A stretch of DNA of 64,000 bases from the NCBI GenBank assembly GCA_951828515.1, contig OX639992.1, forward strand, positions 1,352,439 to 1,416,438, written 5' to 3'. Position numbers and translations under genes: made by a program. Numbering within the stretch: position 1 is the stretch's first letter; each line of letters begins with the position of its first letter. Below, one piece after another: positions 9,527 through 18,778 of this stretch. Source of the DNA: an uncultured Poribacteria bacterium. Its GTDB lineage: Bacteria; Poribacteria; WGA-4E; WGA-3G. The notes under the pieces are model-generated. The model did no database searches. It had not been told where the DNA came from and saw only the letters and a program-made list of their open reading frames with translations.

Positions 9527-11014
9527 TTACCGTGACATCAACTTCCATAGAAGCACCGTGCCGTCGCCACTCCCACTCGCGAGTGTCCGCCCATCTGGGC
9601 TGAACGCGACTCGCCAAACCCGCCGCGAATGTCCCGCGAGGATCTTTATCCGCTCACCGGTATCCACATCCCAGAGGTGTACCGTATCGTTGTCGTTTCC
9701 ACTTGCCAATGTTCGCCCATCCGGACTGAATACCACGCTGAAAACTGTTCCCGCGAAAGGTGTGAACGTCACCCGATGCTTGCCAGTAACTACGTCCCAA
9801 AGGCAGATGGTCTCGTCCCCGCTCCCACTTGCGAGGGTCCTTCCATCGGGACTGAAGGTGACACTCCAAACCGTCCATGTATGCCCATTGAGTACTGTCT
9901 GATGCTTGCCTGTATCGGCATCCCAAAGGCGGATCGTTCCATCGTGGTGTCCACTTGCGAGGGTCTCTCCATCTGGACTGAAGGCGATACTCCTCACCAA
10001 ACCACTGTGTCCAAGGATCGTTTCCTTCTGTTCACCCGTCGCTGCGTCCCAGAGGTGGATGTTGCCTCCTCCACCACTAACGAGAGTGTTCCCATCCGGA
10101 CTAAATGCGATGCTATTGACAGGTCCGGGATGTCCTGTGAGTGTTTTCTTGTATTCGCCGGTTTCTGCGTTCCAGAGGTGGATATTCCCATCGTAATTTC
10201 CACTCGCGAAGATATGTTCAGAAGGGCTGAACACAATGCTAATGCTATTGTTACTTCCATCTCTTGTCAGCGTTTTCTTGTGCGAGCCCAGATCCGCATC
10301 CCACATTCGAACGGTCCCGTCATCACTGCTACTTACGAGGGTCCGTCCATCCGGACTGAATGCCATAGCATTAATCCAGCGCGTATGCCCAGTGAGTGTT
10401 TTCTTGTGTTCGCCAGTAGGTACATCCCAGACGTTAAGGGTACCATCACTATTGCCACTGACGACAACTTTTCCATCTGGGCTGAGTGCGACACTCGTAA
10501 TCCAGTTAATACCTTTTGCGAACGTCTGTTTCTGTTCTCCAGTGCCTGCGTCCCAGAGGCGGATCGTGCCATCACTGCTGCCAGTTGCGATCGTCTGTCC
10601 ATCTGAACTGAATACTACGTCGAATATCCCATTCGTATGCCCAGTGAGTGTTGCCTGACGCTCGCCGATGATAGTATCCCAGAGTTGAAGAATCTGACCG
10701 CCGCCAACCGCAAAGGTACGCCCATCCGGACTCAGCGACATGCAAGAAATTCCACCCATATTTCCCGTGAAGAGGACGACCTCTTGAAGCGTAACTGTAT
10801 CGTAGATCCAAATGCCGATCGTACTTGCTACTGCGAAAAACCTGTTGTCAGGAGAATACTGAATCTTATGGATTCCACCTTTACCAAGTCGCGCGATGGC
10901 ACCCGCCGGTAGCTCCCATTGCGCATAGTTTTGGGCGAAGGTGTTAGGCAGAAGTGCGATTGAGAAGAGAATAAGCGTTAGAAAGGTGGAGAATAGCCTA
11001 ATTTGCATTACCAA
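9527..11014 (-). CDS. WD40 (beta-propeller) repeat protein with signal peptide
   Basis: Repeated GH..WV..VAFSPDG...SGS.DGT..LWD units. The N-terminal ELPAGAIARLGKG motif is shared with the two WD40 genes at 26.8-31.1 kb. Confidence 0.85.
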   Translation of the reverse strand: MVMQIRLFSTFLTLILFSIALLPNTFAQNYAQWELPAGAIARLGKGGIHKIQYSPDNRFFAVASTIGIWIYDTVTLQEVVLFTGNMGGISCMSLSPDGRTFAVGGGQILQLWDTIIGERQATLTGHTNGIFDVVFSSDGQTIATGSSDGTIRLWDAGTGEQKQTFAKGINWITSVALSPDGKVVVSGNSDGTLNVWDVPTGEHKKTLTGHTRWINAMAFSPDGRTLVSSSDDGTVRMWDADLGSHKKTLTRDGSNNSISIVFSPSEHIFASGNYDGNIHLWNAETGEYKKTLTGHPGPVNSIAFSPDGNTLVSGGGGNIHLWDAATGEQKETILGHSGLVRSIAFSPDGETLASGHHDGTIRLWDADTGKHQTVLNGHTWTVWSVTFSPDGRTLASGSGDETICLWDVVTGKHRVTFTPFAGTVFSVVFSPDGRTLASGNDNDTVHLWDVDTGERIKILAGHSRRVWRVAFSPDGRTLASGSGDGTVLLWKLMSR

Positions 11015-11036
11015 GGCTCTCCTTATTCACAACATT

Positions 11037-11774
11037 TTACACACGTGTATGTGTAAGGGGTTCCCAACCGAGCAAACGTTTCGCCTTTGAGAGGTTAATT
11101 TCCTTCTGTTCATGATCTCCGGCGATGAAGAAAGCATCAAATCCCTCGTGTTCAACCGAGATAGCGGCGAGATAGGCAGTCGCTAAATCTTCTTCATCCG
11201 TCCACCAGATATGGACCGATGAATCCTTGGGTTGTGCGTAACGTTCAAGCCACTGTTCACGTGTAGAGGGACCCGTGATTCGTAGGGCGATCAGGGACAT
11301 GCCGTGTTCTCGCGCAAAGTATTCGCAGACCTGCTCACCGAAGCCTTTGGTTAACCCATAGACCCCAGGATTATCGCGCGGCACGACATCCTCATACGGA
11401 AAATTGTTTCGCGTCCGCTCATGCACGGTGAAGGTGCTTGTGTAGACGGCATAGCGAATGCCTGCCTCTTTCGCTGCATGTAAGACGATATGCAGTCCCT
11501 TCGCGTTCACCTCATAGTTTGCGAGAATGTCGCTGAAATCTGCGACAGAGGACCGGTCGCTCGTCGGTTGCAGCATCACCATATAGACGAACGTGTCCAT
11601 CCCTTTCAACGCTTCCTGAACGATATTGGGGTCGGTAACGGAGCCTTGGATGTAATCAATAGATGGGTCTTTGGGCGGATTGAGGTCAAGGACGCGAAAA
11701 TTGTGATGACTCTTCATGTAAGGAAGCGTCATCGTCCCGACGTGTCCCGAACCCCCTACAAGTAAAACGTTCAT
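11037..11774 (-). CDS. NAD-dependent epimerase/dehydratase (SDR family)
   Basis: N-terminal MNVLLVGGSGHVG Rossmann motif and the YxxxK-type region (YGLTKGFGEQ). Confidence 0.8.
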   Translation of the reverse strand: MNVLLVGGSGHVGTMTLPYMKSHHNFRVLDLNPPKDPSIDYIQGSVTDPNIVQEALKGMDTFVYMVMLQPTSDRSSVADFSDILANYEVNAKGLHIVLHAAKEAGIRYAVYTSTFTVHERTRNNFPYEDVVPRDNPGVYGLTKGFGEQVCEYFAREHGMSLIALRITGPSTREQWLERYAQPKDSSVHIWWTDEEDLATAYLAAISVEHEGFDAFFIAGDHEQKEINLSKAKRLLGWEPLTHTRV

Positions 11775-11978
11775 TTTTAATTATACCTTGCGGAGAAACA
11801 ACGTGAATTTGATCTTCCAAGCGTCTTTCTCTGGAGTCGCCCTCCACTACGTTACGGGCTTGCTGTTGTTTCCTACGCGAAACCGGTCTATAAAATTGTC
11901 CTGCAAACTCGGATGGGATCGTGACGGGCGAAAAGCTGATTATTAAAAAACTCTCAACAACACTGATAAGATTCCATG

Positions 11979-12839
11979 CTATTCCTGATACGTATAAGCA
12001 CGGTGCTGAATCCGCAGATCGAAATCTTCCGCTGGATCCCATGTCGGCATCTCTGAAGGCACCTCGTAGTCAAACTGCTCGGTATCCGAGGAATATGGAT
12101 TCGTTCGGCGTTCATGGAGGGCGCGTTGATAGAGTTTGCAGCGTTGTGTCAAGAACTCCGTTTGCCACCATTTATAGCGTTCGTTCCATCGCGGTGTCCG
12201 CTGATCGAAGTAAATCACCCGACGCAGCGTACCGCTCGTGTTGATTTTACTGCCGTGCAAGACCTTGGTATGGTGGAGCAGAATGTCACCCGGTTCGACT
12301 TCTGCTGGCACTGCGTCCTCACGTTCAAAATTGGCTTCACCCCTGTCAATAACCTCCTGTGCCTCTTCAATCCCCCAGAGATGGCTCTTCGGGACTACCC
12401 AGACACACCCATTATCAACAGTGGAATCATCTATGTATATATCGATGTTAAAGATCGGATGATTCTCACGGATTGCATTGCCGTCTCGGTGCCATCGCAC
12501 AGAAGAACCGTGTTTCGGCAGTTTGAAGACTAAAGATTCATAGCATGGGATGAAATCGGGTCCGACGATCCGATGCAGCAGATCCCCAATGGACGGGTGT
12601 CCCAAGAGTCTCAGGGAGAACTCGTTCGGATGGGAGTGTAGATAGGTCAGGTAGTAAGGAATCCCTTCTGGACCCCGGTTGCACCATGGATCTGCCGGTC
12701 CACCCGCCAAAATCTCATCAATCAATCGTTGACTTTCGCGTTGTATAACGGCAAGTTCATCCGATTGGATTACACCTTTCAAGATGAGGTAGCCGTTATC
12801 ATTGAAGAATTGAATTTCGTTATCCGTAATTTTTCGCAT
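11979..12839 (-). CDS. Phytanoyl-CoA dioxygenase (PhyH) family Fe(II)/2OG oxygenase
   Basis: PhyH-like motifs WHRD, VWVVPKSHLWG and HHTKVLHGS. The internal ATG at 12839 is chosen to avoid overlap with the upstream gene. Confidence 0.7.
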   Translation of the reverse strand: MRKITDNEIQFFNDNGYLILKGVIQSDELAVIQRESQRLIDEILAGGPADPWCNRGPEGIPYYLTYLHSHPNEFSLRLLGHPSIGDLLHRIVGPDFIPCYESLVFKLPKHGSSVRWHRDGNAIRENHPIFNIDIYIDDSTVDNGCVWVVPKSHLWGIEEAQEVIDRGEANFEREDAVPAEVEPGDILLHHTKVLHGSKINTSGTLRRVIYFDQRTPRWNERYKWWQTEFLTQRCKLYQRALHERRTNPYSSDTEQFDYEVPSEMPTWDPAEDFDLRIQHRAYTYQE

Positions 12840-12864
12840 GTCTTTAACTTGAACCTCCTGGGCA

Positions 12865-13683
12865 TCATCCAATTTCACTAATCGCGATGTGCCACGCCGA
12901 AACGAACGCTTGGACAGATTGATATCTGGACCGCTTGTCTGGATTCGTCGCCTTTTTCGCGACGTGCCATAGCGCATCGTTCCCTTTCCAGTTGTCTCGC
13001 GAATCGCTGTTGTTGGCGAGTAACACGAACGCGGTCCGTCCTAACATAAAGACGTTTGTCCTTTCGTCGATATGCGCGCCTTTCTGAAATTCCTCCGGTG
13101 CCATGAATCGAGTTGAGCCGTACAATCGTCCGCGGTCGTTTATGAACGGTCCCGGATGGTAGCAGTCGAAATCGAACAGGTGTATCTGCTTTTTCTCAAA
13201 GTTATAGATAATACAGCCGTCGTAAAAGTCTTCAGCAATAAACCCTCGTTTTTCGATAAGGATATGGACATCATAGATGACGTTGAGGGCATCAATTATC
13301 TCAGTTGCTGGCAACGCACAAAACCTGTCACGCGGGTGGACTTCACCGGGACCCAGTTCCCTTTCAGGACGCAAACCCTCACCATCTACCCAATTGTAGA
13401 CCAGTGTGAAACCATCGGGCGTAGCGAAAGCATTGTGCAATCGAGGCAGTGCCTCATGCTGGACAGCGGCATGGAAATGAACGGCTTGCTTGAGACCTGT
13501 GATGGCTTGTGGTGTGTTGCCGTGTTTGACGAACCAATGCTCGTTGTCCACCAACACTCTCAATGATTGACATTTTGAATCGTGTTCCGGAAATCGATAC
13601 GTGATTTCGCCGACCTGCTTCAAGTACGCTTCGATATGTGTGTCAATTTCCGAATTTTCCAGAAGTGGATGCCGGGTGGGCAT
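12865..13683 (-). CDS. Protein-kinase-like (APH/eukaryotic-like kinase fold) protein
   Basis: HLFDFD (DFG-like) and YGSTRFMAPEE (APE motif). ATG at 13683 has a GAGG Shine-Dalgarno sequence. Confidence 0.55.
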   Translation of the reverse strand: MPTRHPLLENSEIDTHIEAYLKQVGEITYRFPEHDSKCQSLRVLVDNEHWFVKHGNTPQAITGLKQAVHFHAAVQHEALPRLHNAFATPDGFTLVYNWVDGEGLRPERELGPGEVHPRDRFCALPATEIIDALNVIYDVHILIEKRGFIAEDFYDGCIIYNFEKKQIHLFDFDCYHPGPFINDRGRLYGSTRFMAPEEFQKGAHIDERTNVFMLGRTAFVLLANNSDSRDNWKGNDALWHVAKKATNPDKRSRYQSVQAFVSAWHIAISEIG

Positions 13684-14018
13684 TTCGTTTGTCCTCATCA
13701 GGTGCGGCAAAACAGTCTCTCAACCACTTTGCGTCGGTTTTGTGGGGTTGCGATAAGAGTATACACCAAAGAATGAAAAAAGTCACGCTTTTTTCATCTA
13801 CGTTTCGGTTTGGAAACCCAAGTCTTTAGACTTGGGAGGAAAAACCGCCCTCGTGTGTGAGACCATAGCGTTTTTTTCAAAAACACTTGACATTTTTCGT
13901 AAATTGTGGTTTAATAGATGTATCACGTTGGAAACCGACATGTGAAGCACAACCGCTTGGTTGTGTGTCGGTTTCCTACCCACTTCACAGGGGTTAAAGA
14001 CGTGATACGTGAAATCCA

Positions 14019-15176
14019 ATGAAAAAAAAGCGAAAGCGAAAACAGAAAGGCGCTTGCAGAACGTATAAATATCAGATACGCGAACATCCGAAAAACGTGC
14101 GCTTGGGCAATATGCTTGACGACCTTGGCGATGTCCACAACCACTTCTTGGCACTGGAAAAACGGTATTACCGTATCTATGGTAAATACGCTGGCAGGTA
14201 TCGCTTGCAACCGCATTTGACGAAGTTGCTCGAAAGAACTCACAAGCATTGGGCATGGATACCCCGCGACACGCTTGACGCGGTGATTATTCGTATCCAC
14301 ATCACATACGACCGATTTTTTGACGGTCTTGGCGGACTGCCGAAGTTCAAACGCAAAGACCGCTATCGTTCTGCTAAGTTCCAGTCTGCCTATCAGCTTG
14401 AAGAAGGACGTGTCCGCATTTCGTTTAAGGCGTGGGATGAGTCCTCGCACTCCCTGAAATTCAACAAACGCTGGTTTTCTTTTCACCAACATCGCGAATG
14501 GAATGGAAATGTCCGGTATATCCAAATCCTTCGCGATTCGGTTGGCACTTACTGGCTCTATGTCATCACAGACGACTCCTCGACCGAACCCTATCTTGCT
14601 ACAGGTGAGAGCGTAGGGATAGATTTCGGGCTGGAGACGTATCTGACCCTGAATACCGGTGAGAAAATCGAACATCCGCAACCCTTGAAACAGTCCTTGA
14701 CCGAACTTCGGAAACTCAATAAAAGCCTTTCTCGTAAGGTCAAAGGTTCTCACAATTGGTGGCGTGCTGTCGGCGAACTCGCCCGTCTCTACCGGAAGAT
14801 AGCCAATCAACGCAAAGACTGGCACTACAAACGGGCGACGGACCTCTGCCGACGGTTTGATACCATTGTGGTCGAGACACTCAATCTTGAGGGAATGAAA
14901 CGGCTTTGGGGACGCAAAGTCTCTGACCTCGCCTTCTACCAGTTTGTTCAGATACTGAAGTTCAAGTGTTTCAAACATAAGCGTGAGTTCCTACAAATCG
15001 GACAGTGGACCCCGACAACAAAGCCTTGTTCGGAGTGCGGACATCATAACGAAAATCTTTCTCTTTCTGATAGGCAATGGACATGCCCCGCCTGTGGTTC
15101 CCACCACGACCGAGACGTAAACGCTGCAATGAACATCTTGAGGGCTGCCTTGGGTCCCTCTGTGGAGCAGATGTAA
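14019..15176 (+). CDS. tnpB: RNA-guided endonuclease TnpB (IS605 OrfB) with C-terminal zinc ribbon
   Basis: 385 aa with RuvC-like motifs (GIDFGLETY, ...VVETLNLEGM...) and a CxxC..CxxC ribbon (CSECGHHNE...CPACGSHHDRD). The 351-aa antisense ORF is a shadow ORF. Confidence 0.9.
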   Translation: MKKKRKRKQKGACRTYKYQIREHPKNVRLGNMLDDLGDVHNHFLALEKRYYRIYGKYAGRYRLQPHLTKLLERTHKHWAWIPRDTLDAVIIRIHITYDRFFDGLGGLPKFKRKDRYRSAKFQSAYQLEEGRVRISFKAWDESSHSLKFNKRWFSFHQHREWNGNVRYIQILRDSVGTYWLYVITDDSSTEPYLATGESVGIDFGLETYLTLNTGEKIEHPQPLKQSLTELRKLNKSLSRKVKGSHNWWRAVGELARLYRKIANQRKDWHYKRATDLCRRFDTIVVETLNLEGMKRLWGRKVSDLAFYQFVQILKFKCFKHKREFLQIGQWTPTTKPCSECGHHNENLSLSDRQWTCPACGSHHDRDVNAAMNILRAALGPSVEQM

Positions 15177-15300
15177 GACGTTTTCTCGAAAACGCGAACT
15201 GCTACGAAGCACAAGCCCAACCCTTTAGGTTTGGGTGCCTTGACTGAGACTGTGCGCAAGTGGGTATTTACATCTAAATTCAAGAAATCAAAACTGTCAA
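15120..15300 (+). ncRNA. Candidate omega-RNA (reRNA) of TnpB, overlapping the tnpB 3' end and the IS right end
   Basis: Position relative to tnpB and the right-end hairpin follows the known IS605 architecture. Sequence alone does not define the boundaries. Confidence 0.35.
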
Positions 15301-15663
15301 CGTCAAAATAAGCGAAACCGACAAACGATTAAGCCAAATCTTCTGGCTGGTAATTGCACTTATAGGGCTTATCGCCGTAACTATAGGTGTTCCACAATGG
15401 TTGAACAGCAAAGGATCGCGAACAGTCGGCGAATTTGTTCACTCGCGAACAGACTGAAGTGTCAACGTTATGTTTCTGCTCAAAGTCCGCAACGTTTTCG
15501 TATTCCTTCTTGCGAAATGCTGCGAAATATAGCGAAATGCTGCGAAATATAGCGAAGGAGGAGGAAGTCCACCTCAATGCGTATGAAGATATAAATTTGA
15601 GAAATATGCTATAATAGGATTCTACACCGAATAACAGTTTTCTAATGGAAATGGGATAAGCAC

Positions 15664-15972
15664 GTGGAATCCTACAATAATTGTGAATTTGACTGGGACG
15701 AAGACAAACATAGAGAAAATGTAGAAAAGCACCAAATTTCTTTTCACCAAGCAAGAACAGTATTTGGATCTCCTGATACACTATTAACTGAAAGCGATGA
15801 TTTACATTCACAATATGAACAAAGATATAAAACTATTGGATATTCTAAGAGAGGTAAATTGTTAACTGTTATCCATACAAACAGGAAAAATATAATTAGA
15901 ATAATCTCGGCTAGAAAATCAACTAAAGCAGAAAGGAAATATTACTATGGATATTTTGACGAATACCTATAA
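15664..15972 (+). CDS. brnT: BrnT-family (DUF497) type II toxin
   Basis: EFDWDEDKHRENVEKHQISFHQARTVF...RIISARKSTKAERKYY matches the BrnT signature (DWD..K...N..KHG..F.EA..VF ... R.ISAR.A...E). Confidence 0.8.
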   Translation: MESYNNCEFDWDEDKHRENVEKHQISFHQARTVFGSPDTLLTESDDLHSQYEQRYKTIGYSKRGKLLTVIHTNRKNIIRIISARKSTKAERKYYYGYFDEYL

Positions 15973-16921
15973 TTTAGACAATCTAAAATGGGATAGTAAA
16001 TCAGTCAATGAATATAAAGGAAACCTTATAGAAATTGTAGATTCAATACCTTCTTTTGAAAGAAAACCCTTTAAAATAGGTAGATCAGAAAATAAAAATC
16101 TTGATGTAGTCGTAAATACTTCAGATGGTGGGATACCTATTGCCACAGTTTCTAAGTCATATTCTCTAGTCCAACATTTTGATATACTTCGATTTATTAG
16201 TATGGCATTTGAAAAGCTGAGATATAATATAGAAGAAACTGAATGCGATCTATATCTAACAGAATACGGCGAGCGTATGCTGTTAAGAATACAATTCTTG
16301 AGAGGGCATATATTTGATCCAGGAGATGGTCATCAATTAATACCTCAGTTACATGTTAGAAATTCTGTAGATGGAAATGATCCATTAAGCTTTGAGTTAT
16401 TCTGGTATAGACTGATTTGCAAAAACGGGCTTATGTGTTTGGACACAGAAAGCAGACTTAGTAAACGTCATACTAAATCTTTAAAGACTGAATTACTTAC
16501 TGGATATCTAAGTAAAAACACCTCAAAAATTCTGTCGGAAAAAGAAACGTATGCAAAATGGAAACAGAAAGAACTAAATGCGGATACAGATATAGAAATA
16601 CTACAGAATTGGATTGATACTATAGTATCTAATAGTTGGGGGCATAATTGTGCCGAGAGAGTATATAGTATTATAGAAACAGGACAAGATGTAAAAGTTA
16701 CAAGATTTAAAGATAAAACAACAGAAGAAAACGAAGATTCTTACATAATTAGAGTTTCTTTAGAAGGTGATGTACCGGGGGCGCAACCTGCAGAAAATAT
16801 CTACGATGTTGCCAATGCCCTTTCTTGGGTTTCATCTCATCAGAATTCGCTCCCAAAGCAGTATAAGATGATGCTACAAGTTCCAACAATGCTAAAGGAG
16901 CTTGAAAGTTCTCTTGGGTGA
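15947..16921 (+). CDS. DUF932 (phage/plasmid-associated) protein in the position normally held by the BrnA antitoxin
   Basis: ATVSKSYSLVQHFDILRF, HVRNSVDGNDPLSFELFWYRLICKNG and SKRHTKSL align with conserved DUF932 blocks (Y.lVQN, NShDGs...R.vC.NG, RHT.S). Very AT-rich; the start overlaps brnT by 26 nt. Confidence 0.6.
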   Translation: MDILTNTYNLDNLKWDSKSVNEYKGNLIEIVDSIPSFERKPFKIGRSENKNLDVVVNTSDGGIPIATVSKSYSLVQHFDILRFISMAFEKLRYNIEETECDLYLTEYGERMLLRIQFLRGHIFDPGDGHQLIPQLHVRNSVDGNDPLSFELFWYRLICKNGLMCLDTESRLSKRHTKSLKTELLTGYLSKNTSKILSEKETYAKWKQKELNADTDIEILQNWIDTIVSNSWGHNCAERVYSIIETGQDVKVTRFKDKTTEENEDSYIIRVSLEGDVPGAQPAENIYDVANALSWVSSHQNSLPKQYKMMLQVPTMLKELESSLG

Positions 16922-17056
16922 TATAACCCATTTTGTTTCTCAAAAAGATAGCGCAGTTTTTCAGAGTAAATCTGATTGTATGCGTTCACGTAAGTTCTTC
17001 GTCTCCAGTATGCTATACTAAAGTTTAGAATTAATTAGACACTCCAAAGAGGCGAG

Positions 17057-17403
17057 TGTACTGCCACCGGAAATTTAGACCACTCTCTAATATAAGATTG
17101 TGCTACAATGACAATCTATTTGAAAGGAGCATTCCGATGGCGAAACGCAGAAGATTCACTGCTAAGTTTAAAGCAGAAGTTGTGCTTGAGACACTTACAG
17201 GTGCAAGTTCCCAAGCGGAACTGTGTCGACGCTATAACCTCAGCGAAAACCAAGTCTCAACATGGAAACGGAAACCACTTCTTGAAAATGTTGAAACCTT
17301 CTTTGAGTCGGCAGATAAGCCGTCAAGCGAGTCAGTGGAGCGGATCGCTCAACTTGAGTAACTCGTTGGCCGATTGACGCTGGCGTTGGAAATCCAAAAA
17401 AAG
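17057..17403 (+). pseudogene. Truncated IS3-family copy (left IR plus orfA only), ending at the poly-A slippery site
   Basis: IR TGTACTGCCACCGG at 17057 matches the IRL of the adjacent full copy. OrfA' (17137-17361) is about 75% identical to the full-copy OrfA and diverges after ...ALEIQKK. Confidence 0.75.
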
Positions 17404-17504
17404 CATCAACATTGTTGGATTAACACCCTCTCAACAGCGACCTGTCGTTGAGACGTTGCGAAAGGTGAAGTGCCACCGTTTATTCAGACCACAATTTCGC
17501 AAAT

Positions 17505-18353
17505 TTAATCCAAGTTTTGTTTCTGAAATTCCATAGGTGTCAAATAGTCTAACGCCGAATGGGGGCGTTTTTGGTGATAGACGTGTTCAATAAAATGTCC
17601 AATACGATTTCTCGCTTCATGGATGTCTTCAGAGTCGTTGAGGTGAACTTCTTCCTCCTTGAGGGTTCGGATAAGTCTTTCAGCATATCCGTTCTCCCAA
17701 GGATGCCCGCGACGCGCCACCGAAATCTCAACACCATAATCCCTCAGCGTTGAGATATAGGTATTTGAAAGATATTGAACGCCTTGATCAGAATGATGGA
17801 TCTCCGGGACGCTTCGGTGTAATGCCTCTTTGAGGGGTTTGAGCGTCAGCGGTTGCGTCAAGTGCTGACTGATATGCCACCCTCTAATCATGCGCGTGAA
17901 GACATCCATGAGCAGAGCAACATACACGAACCTGCTTTTCAGATGGACATAGGTAATATCGCCCACCCAGACCTGATCACATCGTGAAACCTCAAGGGTC
18001 TCAACGCGATTCACCCACGGTCGCGGTTCGTCAAGCGATGTGGAGGTCTGACAGACACGCTTGACGGCGACTGACAGGTTCGCAGCTTTCATCAAGCGCG
18101 CAACACGTTTAGACCCAACGGCGTATCCCATCTGCCGTAGCAGCTGTGTGATACGCCTGTATCCATAAGTCGGATACCGCAGCGCCAACGCCTCTATTTC
18201 ATCACAGAGGATGTCTTCAGACGGGTCCTGCTTGGGTCGATAATAGAGGTTACTTCGGGTGAAACCCAGCACCTCACATATCTGTCGAACCGAATAATCC
18301 GTCCGGAGTGCCTCAACGATTTCTCGCTGCTCCGTCAGTTTTGGTCTAACCAC
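17505..18353 (-). CDS. IS3 transposase OrfB (DDE integrase core); expressed as OrfAB fusion via -1 frameshift
   Basis: rve-domain motifs (WVGDITYV, HSDQGVQY, ...ENGYAERL). It is in the -1 frame relative to orfA and overlaps it by 19 nt. Confidence 0.85.
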   Translation of the reverse strand: MVRPKLTEQREIVEALRTDYSVRQICEVLGFTRSNLYYRPKQDPSEDILCDEIEALALRYPTYGYRRITQLLRQMGYAVGSKRVARLMKAANLSVAVKRVCQTSTSLDEPRPWVNRVETLEVSRCDQVWVGDITYVHLKSRFVYVALLMDVFTRMIRGWHISQHLTQPLTLKPLKEALHRSVPEIHHSDQGVQYLSNTYISTLRDYGVEISVARRGHPWENGYAERLIRTLKEEEVHLNDSEDIHEARNRIGHFIEHVYHQKRPHSALDYLTPMEFQKQNLD

Positions 18354-18631
18354 GTCGCTGCTTTTTTTTGAATATCTAATGCCACAGTCAACCGCCCGAC
18401 GAGGTGTTCAAGGTGGGCGATCCGCTCAGCTGCCTCGCTGGACTGTTTCTCTGTGGACACAAACAGAGAGCCTACGTTTTCAACGACTTGCTGCTTCCAC
18501 TTAGAGAGTTGATCTTCACTCAGGTTGTGTCGACGACACACTTCTGCTTGGGAACTTTCACCACTAAGCGCCTCAAGAACAACTTGGCCTTTAAACTCAG
18601 GGGTGAAGTTTCTTCGTTTTCGTTTCGCCAT
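18335..18631 (-). CDS. IS3 transposase OrfA (HTH)
   Basis: MAKRKRRNFTPEFKGQVVLEAL...; ends at the A8G slippery run. Confidence 0.85.
   Translation of the reverse strand: MAKRKRRNFTPEFKGQVVLEALSGESSQAEVCRRHNLSEDQLSKWKQQVVENVGSLFVSTEKQSSEAAERIAHLEHLVGRLTVALDIQKKAATWLDQN
18361..18370 (-). other. A_AAA_AAA_G slippery heptamer for IS3 programmed -1 ribosomal frameshift
   Basis: CAAAAAAAAG lies in orfA. Reading in -1 from here joins ...DIQKK to SSDVVRPKLTEQ (the OrfB frame). Confidence 0.6.
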
Positions 18632-18709
18632 CGGGGCCTCCTTTCAAGTCGTGGAGATTATACCACAATCTTGGTTTAGGGAGTGGCCCGAATTTAGGGG
18701 GGCAGTACA

Positions 18710-18778
18710 TTCTCGTCTTTCCAAAGCTCGCTCATCTTCAGACATTTCGAGTTCATTCCACCATTCTGTGTGCATTGT
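18710..18778 (-). pseudogene. 5' fragment of a small gene (MHTEWWNELEMSEDERALERRE...) cut by the IS3 insertion; intact paralog at 25949-26131
   Basis: A 22-aa match to the 60-aa ORF at 25949-26131, including the GGAGG RBS. The reading frame runs straight into the IS3 IRL. Confidence 0.6.

Larger units (their letters stand above)
13800..15310 (+). mobile_element. IS200/IS605-family insertion sequence carrying only tnpB (IS1341-like); approximate ends
   Basis: Left subterminal perfect hairpin CCCAAGTCTTTAGACTTGGG (13817-13836) and a second palindrome GGAAACCGACA..TGTCGGTTTCC. A right-end imperfect hairpin CCCAACCCTTTAGGTTTGGG sits near 15215. An internal sigma70-like promoter TTGACA-17-TTTAAT is at 13887-13915. 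Confidence 0.75.
17464..18709 (-). mobile_element. Complete IS3-family insertion sequence (orfA/orfB with programmed -1 frameshift)
   Basis: Terminal inverted repeats TGTACTGCC (18701-18709, revcomp) and GTGCCACCG... (about 17470). OrfA has the HTH region and OrfB the DDE integrase core. Confidence 0.85.

Noticed and set aside
9629-10606. 325-aa plus-strand ORF and several 90-140-aa ORFs inside the WD40 gene
   Set aside because: Antisense to a repeat-rich WD40 coding region. Composition-driven long ORFs, Cys/Pro/Arg-rich with no domain signatures.
13923-14978. 351-aa ORF antisense to tnpB
   Set aside because: Fully contained in and antisense to a well-supported TnpB CDS. No motifs; typical shadow ORF.
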